From Felis catus (taxonomy: Eukaryota), in NCBI RefSeq assembly GCF_018350175.1, contig NC_058368.1, forward strand, positions 182,716,001 to 182,780,000: a stretch of DNA of 64,000 bases, read 5' to 3'. The stretch's first letter is position 1, and every line of letters starts with the position of its first letter. Under the pieces are notes generated by a model. The model had not been told where the DNA came from. It was given only the letters and a program-made list of their open reading frames with translations, and ran no database searches. The translations under genes were made by a program, and so were the position numbers. Of this stretch, positions 50,850 to 64,000 are shown one piece after another.

Positions 50850-53800
50850 TTATGGTGATATTCCTTCCTCAGATAACAAATATATACTGGACATTACATG
50901 AAACCTAACTCAAGGTACTGGAGAGTGAACAAAAGCAGACACATACTAATGGGGTATTGTCATAGGAAGAAATAAATGGCCTTATTTTAGCTTCACCTAT
51001 TTTGCAGTTTGTACTCTGAGGATAGGTTCCAGTTTTGGCCATGTGGAGTGTTTTGTGTGGGGATGGAAACGCTTAAAGAAATGGAGGAGACAATTGGGGG
51101 AAACCACACTAGTTGGAAAGTGAAAGAGGAAAACCAAGAGGGAGAGTGTCACCATTCGAAAACCCATATAACATGGAAAATTTCTGCCCAAACCACTGAC
51201 TGAACAATTAACCTGATATGCATGAGGCACAATCAAAGAAGTATAGTGCAGACTGAAGGACTGAAGAAATTTCAGTTGGTGTCTGCCTTGGTGGAGATAG
51301 TCTTTGAAGTTTGAGCTCAGCCAAGCTAATTGCATATTTTTAACATGTGTAGTTTTCAGATAAACAAAATTCAGAATCTTTACAATTCATTATGCAGTGT
51401 CCAGCATATAATCCAAAAATTAAAGAGCACCCAAAGAAATGTGTGATAAATCATCAGGAGAGGAGACCATCCCCCAAATGATATGTGAGAAATAATAAAC
51501 AAAATTTTAAGGTAGGTTTTTTTTTTTCAATTATGCTGAATGAAAATATGTTTGAAATGGATGACAGGGTAGAAACACCCAATCAAGAATTAGAAATGAA
51601 ATAAAGAAGAAAATAGAATTTTGTAACTAACACATGAAATATCTATTTTTTGATATAATAGATCAGGATAATATCAGATTCATGTTGAAAGAAGAATTTG
51701 TAAACTTGTTATTGATTAACATAAATAAATGATTCAATCTTTATTAAAAACATAACGAGACAGAAAAATATAAACAGCTTCATGAACTGCTGGGACAATA
51801 TTAAAATGTCTAACATTTGGAGTCCCAGAGAGGGGAGAGAAAATGTAGCATATAATTTATTGAAGAAGTATGGCTGAAAATTCCTCCAATGTAGATAGTT
51901 ATAGAAATAGACATATATCTCCATAGATAGAGATATAAATTTACAAATTCAAAAAGTTCAGGCAACCTCAAAGAGAAAACATACTAAAGTATTCATATTT
52001 AGGCCCACCAAAGTCAAATTAGTGAAATTAAAGGAAAATCCTGAAATCAACTAGAAAAATAATGAAAAATTACATAAATGAATGAATCAAATTGGCTACG
52101 AACTCATTAGAGGCTTTGAAGAGAGAAGACAATGAAATAACATCTATATAATATTGGAAGGAAAAAAATGTCAACCCAAAATTGCATATGGAGCAATAGT
52201 AATATATGAAAAAAATTAAAACAAAGCCATATTCCATTAAAATAAAATAATATAGTTTGTGCCCCAAAGACTTTCTCTGCAACAAAGCTATAGAAACTTT
52301 TTCAGACTGAAGAGGTGTATCACATGACATTTTAGAATGTAGGTAAAAAAGAGAATCAGAAATGATGGATATAGGTAAATTTTTTAAAACACTATGTCTT
52401 CATCTGAAGTTTCTATAAAATACATAATATTATTTAAAATAACAAATTTAATATTATATTAGTTTTATAATGTCTATTGATATGATGCATATATAATTCT
52501 ACATATTAGAAATGGAATAAATATTCCTACATATTTGAAACTTTTCTACATTTTATATATACTGATACATTATTAATGTTAAGTAAACTACAAAGTGTGA
52601 AGGAAATATACCGTAATCTTTAGAGAAACTCTAAAAATTGAATGCAACAACAAATGGACATATCAAAATAAAATTCAAAAGAAAAATGTTTAGTTAATAA
52701 AAAAAATAATGCAGGTAAAGGTAAACAGAGAAACAAGGATAAAGGAGAATCAAAAAATGTAAAATAAATTTTAAAATATAAAAAGTAAGAGTACAAAACA
52801 AATTAAAATGTTTTTAAGATGTAAAATAGAAATATAAAATCTCACGTACATAAAAATAACATATACTAATGGAAAAAGCCAAGGTCTAAGAACATGCTGT
52901 ATGCCAAAGGGAAAATTGACATATACAATTAGATATATTGAACCTTACTAGATGGGGAAAAATATATATGAAATACAGATGGTAGGCATAAGAAAGTTAT
53001 AGGCCTATATAAATATTGCTATTATTTGAAGCAAACTAGTATGACCCAAGATATATATGGACATTACAAAATGACAAATAGTCAATTATTCAGGAAGATA
53101 TAACAATTTAAATTTTTATTTGACTAATAACAGACCTTCATAATATATAAAGCAAAAATTGACAAAATTAAAAAAATAGATCATTTCGCAGGTTTTTACA
53201 ATCCTTTCTCAAAAATTAAAAGAACAATTAAAGAAGAAGCCAGAAGATATCTAGAAGATTTGAATAATGCTATCAAACTACTAGACCTACTAAACACTGA
53301 TAGAATACTTCTTACATAAATAGCAGAATATACATCCTTTTCAACTGCAACAGAAACATCAATGAAGACAGATCATATTTGGGGTGATAAAATATACTCA
53401 ATAAATTTAATAGGATTGAAATCATACAATGTATGTTCTCTGGCAATAGTAAAATTCAATTAGAAATAAATAATAAGATGTCTTAGAAAATAAAACCCAA
53501 ATATGTGGAAATTAAAGAACATATTTTTAAATAAGCTACTGATCAAATAATAAATCACATGGGTTAATGAGAAAATAAATCTTACTGATTATAAAAAATA
53601 TATCCAATTATATGTGATGCAGCTAAAGCAGTATTTGGAGGGAAATTTATAGCATTAAGATGCTAATGTTGGAAACTAAAAGAAAGCCTAAAATCAAAAT
53701 CTAAGGTTAACTCTTGATAACATTGAAATACAAGAATAATCTAAGGCCAAAGTATGTAAAAGAGAGTAAAAAGAACACAAATCAATAAATTAAATACAGC

Positions 53801-55985
53801 AAGCAAATGAGAAAATTTTTACATTCGAAAGTTGGTTCACTGAAAAGACTAATGGATTTGACTAACACCTAGCAAGAATGAGGAAGTGAGAGAACACAAA
53901 TTACCAGCGCTGAAAATGAAAGCAGAGCATCGTTAGAGATTGCCGACATTAAAAGGATAATAAGCAAATTTATGCCAAGAAGTTTGGCAATTTACACAAA
54001 ACGTACACCTTAAAAAAACACACAACTTACTAAAACAAACAAGATATAGCAGAGAATTCTGAATGCCCTCTACCTATTGAATAAATTTAACTTTTAAAAA
54101 AAATTCCTACAAAGAAAAGTCCAAGTCCAGATAATTTTACTGTTGAATTTAACCAAATATTTAATAAAAAAAAATAATTACATGTTTTATAAAAACGCTT
54201 TTGAAAACTAGAACAGGAAACATTTTTTAATTCATTTTTCAAGGATATCCTAATCCAATTATCAAAACTTGATACCAATTTCTTTTAAATGAAAGAATTT
54301 AGAGACTAATGTCTTATAAACAAAACATCATCATATAAAATCTAGCAATATAGAATAAGTATGACACATCATTTCCAGCTGTCATTCATCCAAGGAGCAC
54401 ATAGTTAATTTAACATTTAAAAATTCATCAGTGTAATTAACCATGTTAATAAAACAATTGAAAAAATCTGTAGATTCATTTCAATACACGCAGGGAGTTA
54501 GAAATATTCAACTGAATTCATGATTTAAAAACAAGATGCAGACTAGAAAAATAAACTCCCACAGCCTTAAAAAGAGCACCTTCAAAAATCCTCTAGATTA
54601 CATATTTAATGGTTAAATATTGAATACTTTCATCCTAAGATTTAAACAAACTAGCATACCCGGTCTCATACTCTCCATTCAACTTTGTACTGGAATATCT
54701 AGCTATTATAACAATGAAAATAAGCAAACAGTATAAAAATGTAAATTTCTCTAAATACACACATAAAATGATTGTTTACATAAAAAATCTTAAGGAATCT
54801 ATAACACACCTCCTAGAATAAGTGAATTTAGCAAAATCACAGTATGTTAGTTTAATATAATGATTAAAATATTTTTATATATGAATGGCATACTATTAGA
54901 AAATAAAATTCAAAAGATATTCTATTTACATTAGCATCAAGAAACAAATGAATAGGGATAAGTTTCAAATATATATGCAAGACTGTGATAGTGAAAATTC
55001 AAAAACATCCAAGAGAGAAATTTTAAGACTTAATGAAGAGGTATACCATGCTTATAAGGAGAGTTAATAATGTTTGGATGTCAATTATCCCTAAATAATT
55101 CTATAGATTCAATTTCAATCATAACCACAATAAGTTATTTTGCAGCAATTACTATTCTGACAAGTTAGCTATTTTGACAAATTACTTATAAAATTCACAT
55201 GACATTCAAAGTAGCTAGAATGTCTGAAGCAATATTAAAAGTAGAAGTAAAAGGAATTGAACTACCTGCCTGTAAAATTTATTACAAGACATTAACAATC
55301 AAACAATTAAGAAATGATAAATAGGTCAGTGGAACAGTATAGAGCCCCTACATGTATGTTCTTATCTGATTTTTGATACCGAGGACAGAACAATCCAATC
55401 AAGAAAAGCCACAATGTAATGTTAGTGCTCAAAAATAATGAAATCTTGCCATTTACAACAGTATGGATGGAACTAGAGTGTATTATGGTCAGCGAAATAA
55501 GTCACTCAGAGAAAGAAATACCATATGATTACACTCATATGTGGAATTTAAGAAATAAAATAAATGAGGGAAGAAAAAATAAAATAAGATAGAAACAGAG
55601 AGGAAGGCAAACCATGAGAGACTCTTAACTACAGAGAACAAACTAAGGGTTACTGGAGGGGAGATGGTTGGAGGGATGGACTAAACGGGTGATGGGCATT
55701 AAGGAGAGCACTTGTGATGAGCACAGGGTATTATATGTAAGTGTTGAATCACTAAATTCTACTCTTGAAACCAATACTACACTACACATTGACTAAATTG
55801 AATTTAAATAAAGTCTAGGAAGAAAAAATAACCCACACACAATTAAAAAAAAAATGGCAAGTGCTTTTACCAAAAGTTACTGAGACATTTGGATATTCAT
55901 TTAAAAAAAAAATCCTCAAAGCTTTCTATACACCCTTAATAAAAACTAATTCACAGTGGGTCATAAGCCTAATTTTATATAACAG
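50850..55985 (+). mobile_element. Long decayed old L1M (5' region, ORF1, inter-ORF, most of ORF2)
   Basis: Colinear L1 motifs: ORF1 'ctgctgggacaatattaaaatgtctaacattt', ORF2 'tgtgatgcagctaaagcagtatttggagggaaatttatagcatta', 'aaagtccaagtccagataattttactgttgaattt', 'ggtcagtggaacagtatagag'; many stops and frameshifts. Confidence 0.88.
55430..55855 (+). mobile_element. Younger carnivore L1 3' end nested in the old L1
   Basis: Same 3' UTR family as 11942-12323 ('aaaaataatgaaatcttgccattt...gaatttaaataaa'). Confidence 0.92.
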
Positions 55986-56834
55986 CTAAGAATAGGAGTA
56001 TATACACTTAAAGTTTGCTGTTAAACAACTGCTTCCCTCTCACTCCATTTTGTCTTAGTAGGCCGACCACTTGGTCATTCATGATACCTGAGTACAATGT
56101 TTAAGAGGTGGGCACATGATCTGGACTAACCTCTCAGAACCCCATCCATCATTCCAAAGAGATGTGTTCACTGAGGAGTATGAGGCTCAAACTGACTAAC
56201 GTCTCCTCTTCCTCTTCAATTTCTCTTGAGATCTTGATATTGTCTATTTGTAAAGATATTTCATCTACATATTTACTTACCTACCTTCTTACATATCATA
56301 CGCATCTTCCATCAGAAGCAGAAATGAGAAACTAGGAAAGGTACTGTTTGGGTCCCTGCATATAAGTCTGTCTAAAATCCTCTTTATACTTGCCTTTCCC
56401 CAAAATACTTATTTTTCTTAAATAATTCTGAGATATGTTTCTCTCCCTGGCATCTCTAAGTGCACTGGTTAATACAAATAATAAGAGAATAGTTATCAAA
56501 AGACACAACATGATCAAAAGTAAAGCAGTACAAAAGAGGATATGATGTGCAGGGTACTGTATAAATAGGTGTGCAAGGGTAGGAAGAGCAGGAGTGAAGT
56601 GGCTTAAAAATGAGCCTACATAGGAAGATTTCAGCAAATTTGTGAGGGGTTCACTGTATCATATCAGTTATCATTAATGCCATCATTGGAAGAATGATAT
56701 GGCCAGACTTCTATGGTAGAATAATGGATAAAGGCAGCTTGTAGAATAGATTTGAATATAGGAGAGCGTGGAAATAGAGGAGAAGGTCATCAGGAGGAAA
56801 ATGCTGCCATGATTAATAGATGAGTTTCTTTAAA

Positions 56835-57031
56835 GTTTATTTATTTAGAGAGAGACAGAGTGTGCACACATCCTCATGGAAGTGGGGGAGGGTCAGAGAG
56901 AGAGGGAGAGAGAGAGTCTGTGCTGTCAGTGCAGAGGGCCAAGGCAGAGTTTTATCTCATGGTTGGTGAGATCACGACCTGAACGGAAATCAAGAGTTAG
57001 TTGCTTAACCCACTGAGCCACCCAGGTGCCC
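56835..57031 (-). mobile_element. Can-SINE
   Basis: Ends 'ctgagccacccaggtgccc'; degenerate TSD gagtttctttaaa / gagttactctaaa. Confidence 0.94.
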
Positions 57032-57412
57032 AGAGTTACTCTAAATGGTAATGAAAGTGAAGGTAGAAATGAGAACAGTGAATAAGAACAAAACAAAAAC
57101 AAAACAAAACAAAAACCAAAACCTCTGAAACCAAAGACACTAAATTCTGTAAAAATATGTACTATGTTGAGTGAAAGAAGGACCAATCATTTTGAGATTT
57201 CTAATTTGAGTAACTTAGTGGATGGCAGAATCATTTACCAGAAAAGGAAACAGATTTGTTAAGAAAACGTACTAAAAAAAGCATAAATGTTCATTTTATT
57301 TCCCTTTTCCCTGTCTTCTGTCTTCTTTCCCCAACCTCCACAATTACTGTTGTTATTATGATTATCATTATGATCATTATCATTTTAGAATTAGAAGCCT
57401 AATTGGCTTTTT

Positions 57413-58081
57413 TGCAGAGATGTATTTCATTGTAACATATAATTTACCTTTTAAAGTTTATGTGTCAGTGGTTTTAGTATACTTATAAGACTGTGGAGCC
57501 AATCATCACTATCTACTTCACAGAATTTTCATCATTCTGTAAACGCCCCATGCCCATTAGAAGTCACTCCCCATTCCTCCCTGGCCCAGCTTCTGCGAAC
57601 CACACATGCACCTATTCTGGAAATACATATAAATGGAGTCCTATAATATGTCACCAATAGTATCTGACTTCCTTTACTTAGCATATATTTCAAGGATCAT
57701 CCCTGATATGGCATGGATCAACATTTCATCCTCTGTATAGCTGAATGTTTTCCATTGTATGAACATACCACATGTTGTCTACCTATTCATCAATTGATGG
57801 ACATAATCAAAAAGATAAGAGAATAACAAGTATAGACAAAGATGAGGCAAAACTATACCCTTATGTATTGTTGGTGACAATATAAAATGGTGTACCTGCT
57901 TTGATAAACAGCAGCTTCTCAGAAAGCTAAAGAGAGTTACCATATAACTCATCAAAAGCACTCCTAGGTATTCACTTAAGATTACTGAGGACATATGTTC
58001 ATACAAAAACTTGTATATGAATGTTCAGGGTAGTATTATTCAAAATAGGCAAAAAGTGGAAATCACCTAAATGTCCATCAA
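57413..58081 (-). mobile_element. Old L1 (L1MB-like) with 5' inversion
   Basis: 57413-57804 minus-strand 3' end; 57805-58081 upstream ORF2 part flipped to +; perfect 14-bp TSD ctaattggcttttt at 57399-57412 and 58082-58095. Confidence 0.9.
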
Positions 58082-59659
58082 CTAATTGGCTTTTTAAATT
58101 TGATAATGATAAGCTTGGCAAGGCATGTCTATTAAAGAGAATTTTAAAAATAAAATGTGATGTAGATATTATAAAAATAAATTTAAATGAAATTAAGATG
58201 AGTCAAAGTAAGAGAAAAATGACTGGGAGAATGAATGGGCCTTCAGGGTGGTAGATAGAAGAGGACAATTTTGTGAGGCTGCTGCTCATCACGTCATTTC
58301 CCTCAGCACCCTTTATTGTGACCTAATCATCAGCAGACCTTGCATTGCTTTTCAAGACCTCAGTTTCCACCTTAAAATGGAGACAATGGTTGTATATATT
58401 TCCGAGGTTTTGTCAAGATAATATATCTATAATGCTTAACGCACACTGTTTTCATTGGTATTGTAGTTAAGAATTAACATTATCTTTTTGATATTATTAT
58501 CATATTTACTGTGGCCAACACAACAGAGATCTTATAAAGGATCTCACTAAGGGAGAGATATAACTGCTCTGTGATAATCCTGGCATCTTCACATCTTCCA
58601 TGACCTTTCATGATTTAGAAGGTCAATCCATTTCTTGAATTTCATTGTATTTTCTGACAGACTTTTTCAGAAGAGAAGAAAAATGTAATGTTGAGACAGA
58701 GATAGAAGGAGAGGGTAAGTCCCCCTGACATAAACAAAATTAAATGCTGTTCATGTTGCCAGGTAGCCCAGCCCTACTCCATCCCAGGACATTCTAATTA
58801 CTGAATGTTAAGACCTTCTTGAAGAGAAATTTCAACATCAGTGGAGACACATATGAACAAGGAGCCTTGGACATAGCTCTTAATTTGGGGAACTGGTATT
58901 GGATTGGAAACTAAGAATTCGGTGAAAATGTGTATACATTAATGCCATTTACAAACTGGTATTATAGAGCTTCATGCAGAGATAGTAGAAATAGAACAAG
59001 TGAAAAATGACATTTATGAGCCTCAAAGAGGTTTCAAATGTAGTTTCATTTAGTTATAGAAAATGTTTTCTTTTTGCCTGAATTGAAAGGATTCACCTCT
59101 TTTGAGATTACATGTGAGAAAATAAATTATAATGAAATTAACACTTTAATAGGTAAGTGTAAAGGGAAAGAAGGGAAGATAGAAATAGATGAATTTAGCA
59201 TGAAGAAGCCTAATTAATTACAGCAACTGATATCTGTATTTTTATTACATTCTAGACCAAGCACCCTTCCAGCAAGGTGAGCACCAAATATTTACAAATC
59301 ATAAATTTTGACTGCTCCCATTCCAAAGATCCATCTCATTCTTGTGTATCACAGCAAACAGCAATATTTATACTGTATCCTCTCAGTATAAATCTGGAAA
59401 AATCAATGGCTCTTGATTAGTTACCTAAATGCTAAATCTTTCATAAAATTAAATAATAGTTTGACCTTAAATTATAGTCCAAAATCCTAAAATAAGATTT
59501 TAATAGTTAAAAAATACAAACTTCAAATATTTCAGTAATGTTTACTAACATTCTATCAATTAGAAACCAATGCCTATCAGAACTAGAAAGGAAAAATAAT
59601 AGATGCAAAATCTAGTTCAATTCAGTATTGCTAAGAATGAATAAAAGTAACAATTATTT

Positions 59660-60180
59660 TTACCTCTACTACTATTGACCCTGGGCTAACTTCTCCCTAA
59701 TTGAGAACAATAGCTTTCTAGTGGACATTCTGCATCAATTTGTGCCTCCCCTCTCTGATCCATTTTCCATACTGTATTCACAGTATTCTGAGATTGATGA
59801 AAATCTTGTAATGTCAACTCCAAACGGCTCCCCCTTTTCTTCAGAAAAACAACAACAACAACAACAACGACAAAACAACCTTGATGTGACCTACTCAGAC
59901 CAAACAGGATACCCTTTTACTCCTCACTTTCTGAGATCCAGCCATACCAAATCCCCTTCCAGTTTCTCAATTCACTCTAGTACTTTCCTGCTTCAAAGTC
60001 TTTGTCCATCTTCATCCTTAATGCCTGGGACCTTCTTCATCCCTCTCTTCCACCATCACTGGGTCACTAGCAATGAGTTCATCATTCAAGTTTCAGCTTC
60101 AAGTACCACTGGGAGAAATTTTCTCTGACTTACCAGATCTGCTCCTCTTAGAATATAACCTCATGACATTCCATCCATAA
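59660..60180 (+). mobile_element. L2 remnant containing (CAA)n
   Basis: Pyrimidine-rich; 'ccagccatacc...aatgcctgggaccttcttc...tcattcaagtttcagcttcaagtaccact'. Confidence 0.7.
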
Positions 60181-60559
60181 TTCTTCGCAGAAGCGTTTCT
60201 TCTCTTCTATTTTCTTCTATAACTATTTTCACTCTGATTTTCCAACTCTTACAGTTATAGGTATAGATTAGAGTGACCAAATGAATCTTGGGAATGTACC
60301 GAAGGAGAGGCTGTATTGAGGATACATTTAGTTTTGGTTTAGAAAAATTTATTTATTTGGTTTGTTGTCACTTCCATGATAGTGGTTATTCCTACCTGTC
60401 CCTGTGAAGAAATGGTTTCCTGTAATAACCCTGAAGAGTACTATGCCATTATGACTTGAAAGTAAAGGATTAAATGTTATATGCTGAAATGAACATGTCC
60501 TACAAAATCTGGCACCAAAACTCTGTGGATGGTGGCAAAGGAACAAGGTTCGAAATATA

Positions 60560-60830
60560 AAAAGCCAGAAGCCAATCTGCGGCATTTTTTTCCAAATCTT
60601 GCATCTTAAATATGAAAGGTTTTATCATATTTGATAACACTCTAAATATTTACATGGCATTGCCTACAGCAAGTTGTGATGCTGAAATTAGCTTTTTAAA
60701 AGAAAATCACCCACATTAGAAGAATAAAATTAATTACCTGTTTGTTACTCCTATTGAAAAAAAATTACAAAAGCTTTGTTATGTGAAGAGATAATACACT
60801 ATTCAGTCAGAATATAGGAAATGGCTACAT
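60560..60830 (+). mobile_element. hAT DNA transposon remnant (transposase C-terminal dimerisation domain)
   Basis: From 60642 translates LNIYMALPTASCDAEISFLK, then frameshifted INYLFVTPIE / ITKALLCEEII, matching the hATC pattern (LP.TS..AERSFS...RL..L..L.IE). Confidence 0.72.
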
Positions 60831-61292
60831 ATACTTTTTTAAAAAATCATGAGTGTGTTTGATAGATTATATTGGCAAATTTTAGGAAGCTTAATACGAT
60901 TTCAGTTTTTTGCTTTCTGAGCACTATATGCATTCATTATAACTGTACAGGAAGACGCTATATTACATACAAAATGACAACATGCTAAAAAATGCCAGAT
61001 CCTTTTAGAAGAGAATGATCAGGATTCCACTATCAGTATCGTCATGATTATTGTTTGCCATCTTCAGAGCAGGAAGTGAGAATTATTTCTGTATTTTCTA
61101 CCAAAGTTCCCATTCCAAACAGGCATTCCAGAAGCATGGTGTATGGGCATGTTTAAAGTTACCTTTAGTTTTTATAGGGGCTGTAGTCTCAGTTTTTTTT
61201 TTTTTCATCTACTTCACAGACAGCATTCAGAGAATACTGGTTAATAAAAAGCAAGATGGAACACCCAATATTATTGCGTTCATGGTGATTAT

Positions 61293-61477
61293 ATTTTTTT
61301 TTTTGAGAGAGAGAGAAAGAGAGAGTACAAGCGGTGAGGGCCAGAGACAGAGAGAGAGGGAGACAGAATCAAAAGCAGGCTCCAAGCTGTCACAGCAAAG
61401 AGCGTGACATGGGCTCAAACTCACAAAAGGTGAGATCATGACCTGAGCTGAAGTCGGACACTCAACCGACTGAGCCA
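61293..61477 (-). mobile_element. 5'-truncated Can-SINE
   Basis: Ends at 'ccgactgagcca'; TSD catggtgattat (61281-61292) / tatggtgatcat (61478-61489). Confidence 0.94.
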
Positions 61478-61611
61478 TATGGTGATCATTCTTTTCCCTA
61501 CTTTTAAAGTGATCATTTAGTAAGGAAACTGTTTATCCATTTACTATATGTTAGTCCCTATTGTTAGAGCTCTCTAACTAGCAATTCGTCTCAAAGCTAG
61601 TTACAACTGTC

Positions 61612-62746
61612 ATGGCAAAGGAAACAACCAATAAAGTAAAAATGCAGACTATAAAATGGGGGAAAAATATTTGCAAACCATACATTCAAAAAGGTTAATA
61701 TCTAAAATATAAAAGGAACTCCTAAAACTCATTAAAAAAAACCCAAATAACCTAATTTTAATACAGGCTTGAAGAGATATTTCTCCAAAAAAGACATACA
61801 AATGACATTATTGTATATTAAAAGATATGAAGACATCACTAATCATCAAAAAATGCAAAAAATAACCACAATGAGATATCACCTCACACCTGTTAGGATG
61901 GCTACTATTACAGGAAAAAAAAAAAAGACAACATCTGTTGGTGATGATGTGGAGAAATTGAAACCCTTGTACACTCTTGTTAGAAATGAAAAATGTGTGG
62001 TAAAAAAAAAAGTATGGAGATCCCTCAAAAAATTAAAAACACAAATACCTTAAGATCCACCAATCTTATTTCTGGGTATATATTCAACAGAATTGATATC
62101 AGGATCTTAAAGATATAGCTACACTCCCCTGTACACTACAGCATTATCCACAGTAGGCAAGACATGAAAACAATGTAAATTTCATGGATGGGTAAATAAA
62201 AAAAAGAAAATGTACTATGCACATACAATGAAATCTGATTCAACCTTAAAGATCCAAAGCAAGTTTCTGCTATATGTGACAACATAGAATCTGCAGCATA
62301 TTATGTAAAGTGAAACAAGCCAGTCACAAGACAAATACTTCATGATTCCACTTACATGAGAAATAAAAAGTAATCAAACTCATAGAAAGAAAGAATAGGC
62401 ATGGTGTTTGCCAGGAAATGGGAGGAGACAGGATTGAGGATGTGCTGTTCAAAGTGTATTTGTAGTTATGCATGATGAACAGAGACGTGCCGTTCAGCAT
62501 TGTTTTGACGGGTAACAAAACCATATTGTGCCCTTAAGAATTGGTTGAGGATAGGGGTGTCTGAGTGGCTCAGTTGGTTAAGCATCTGACTCCCAATTTC
62601 AGCTCAAATCATGATCTCATGGTTCCTGGGATTAAGGCTCTGTGCTGACAGGTCAGAGCCTGCTTAGGATTCTCTCTCTCCCTCTCTCTCTCTGACTCTT
62701 CCCCACTTGTGCATGAACACACACACACTCTAAGTAAGTAAGTAAG

Positions 62747-62797
<51 letters not shown>

Positions 62798-62848
62798 AGT
62801 TTAAAAAATGTGTTGATGATAGCTGTCATGTTAAATGTTTCTACCACA
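61612..62848 (+). mobile_element. L1 (L1MA/L1MB-like) 3' portion interrupted by a SINE
   Basis: ORF 61769-62053 'FSKKDIQM...TTMRYHLTPVRMA'; 3' UTR resumes after the SINE as 'catgttaaatgtttctaccaca'. Confidence 0.92.
62554..62803 (+). mobile_element. Can-SINE with (TAAG)n(TAAA)n tail
   Basis: Starts ggggtgtctgagtggctcag; degenerate TSD aattggttgaggata / aatgtgttgatgata. Confidence 0.95.
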
Positions 62849-62961
62849 GAGAAGGAGAAGGAGAAAGAGAAAGAGAAGAAGAAGAAAAAGGGAGAGAGGA
62901 GGAGGAAGAAGAGGAGGAGAGAGACGGGAGGGAGGAGGAGGAGTAGGAGGAGAGGAAGAAG
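62848..62961. repeat. Polypurine (GAA/GGA)-rich low-complexity tract
   Basis: About 114 nt with only two pyrimidines. Confidence 0.93.
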
Positions 62962-64000
62962 TAGAAATCCTTAAGAGGCAGAGAGGTGCAATAGAGGAAA
63001 AAGTCATATCCTCTCCTTCTACTCCAGATTCCTGGGAATCCTTGCGGTAGAGGGACTATGTGCACTTGTAGGTTGGTGGTTTGTTCTATGTCACTCAAGT
63101 ATCAGAGGCCTTGTGGGAAACATTGAGGAAGAGTGATCCTGCATCCAAACAGAAGGGAGAAAAAAAATCTAATGTAGCTCTTGAACTTGGAGGATCTGAC
63201 TCAACACTAACATATATACAAATAAGACTAGCTGAATGAGCCAAGCACTATTTTTTTTAACTGTGAGCATTTCCATCATTATACTCAGCAAATTGTTGGG
63301 TAAACTGTATTACATCTTTAGCTTTCTGTAATTATAGTATTACTCTTATGTACTTCTGAATTCCATAGCAATTTATTTCTAGAAATGCTTTGTAAATTAA
63401 TGTGATGCTAAGTAGGATGTAAGTTCAGAAAAGACTCCTTAGATTTCTAAAATGAAAATTCAACTCTTCTGAAACCAAAGCCTGTCTTTTAAGCAAACAA
63501 AGCAAGTAGACACCAACCTGGGTAAATATGAGGGCTAACAGATGGCTCCTGTTCTATATGAAATGTTTTCCTCACAGAAATCTGCATTTTTAATATGAGA
63601 TCCTCCTTGCCAAACCTGGAGGATCAAGTGGAGGGAGAAGACAACTGAGGTTTATCTCTAGAAATCCATTTAACATATTGTGACCCAGGACCTGGAACAA
63701 CATGGGTGGGGGACAGGGGGATTTATTTCAGTAATACTTCTATACATTTTTTTGTTGTCAGATTAGCTAGTGATAATACTGGAAAAGAGAGAACAATGAG
63801 AGATAAAGGGTTGGCAAATTTTTGTTGTTTCCATCCTGAAGGTTAGAAGGAAGGAGAAAGGAAAGGAAGACAGGAGAAAGGAAATGTCTGATCATACTGT
63901 CTAGAAGAGAAGAACTATCATAAATGAATTGTACCTGTATCAAAACTACACTTTAATCACCACCTAGGGCAAGGTGATGAAGGTAGCAGATATATTTTTA

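Noticed and set aside
62835..63050. Arg/Gly/Glu-rich protamine-like ORF
   Set aside because: Translation of the polypurine low-complexity tract.
1..64000. CRISPR array, operon or novel multi-gene system
   Set aside because: Eukaryotic repeat-rich DNA with no regularly spaced repeat-spacer units and no intact genes.

Overview
AT-rich mammalian genomic DNA, almost certainly from a felid (cat lineage): it carries 14 tRNA-derived Can-SINEs, three of them near-identical young SINEC_Fc-type copies, plus carnivore-type L1 3' ends. I see no supportable protein-coding exon, RNA gene, CpG island or CRISPR-like array. The supplied ORFs derive from SINEs, L1/L2/LTR remnants, microsatellites or chance. 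The window is a layered transposon record (L2, MIR, old L1M, MaLR/ERVL LTRs, hAT DNA transposons, young L1, SINEs) with a few repeat-poor, CpG-retaining islands. The most informative signals are DNA-repair and retrotransposition scars: an exact 117-bp templated insertion with slipped re-synthesis and a snap-back hairpin (7849-8023), two twin-primed 5'-inverted L1s, a mini 3' transduction, and a young SINE without a target-site duplication (TSD). I found no evidence for a novel multi-gene system. Subfamily names come from recall of consensus motifs, not from a database search.
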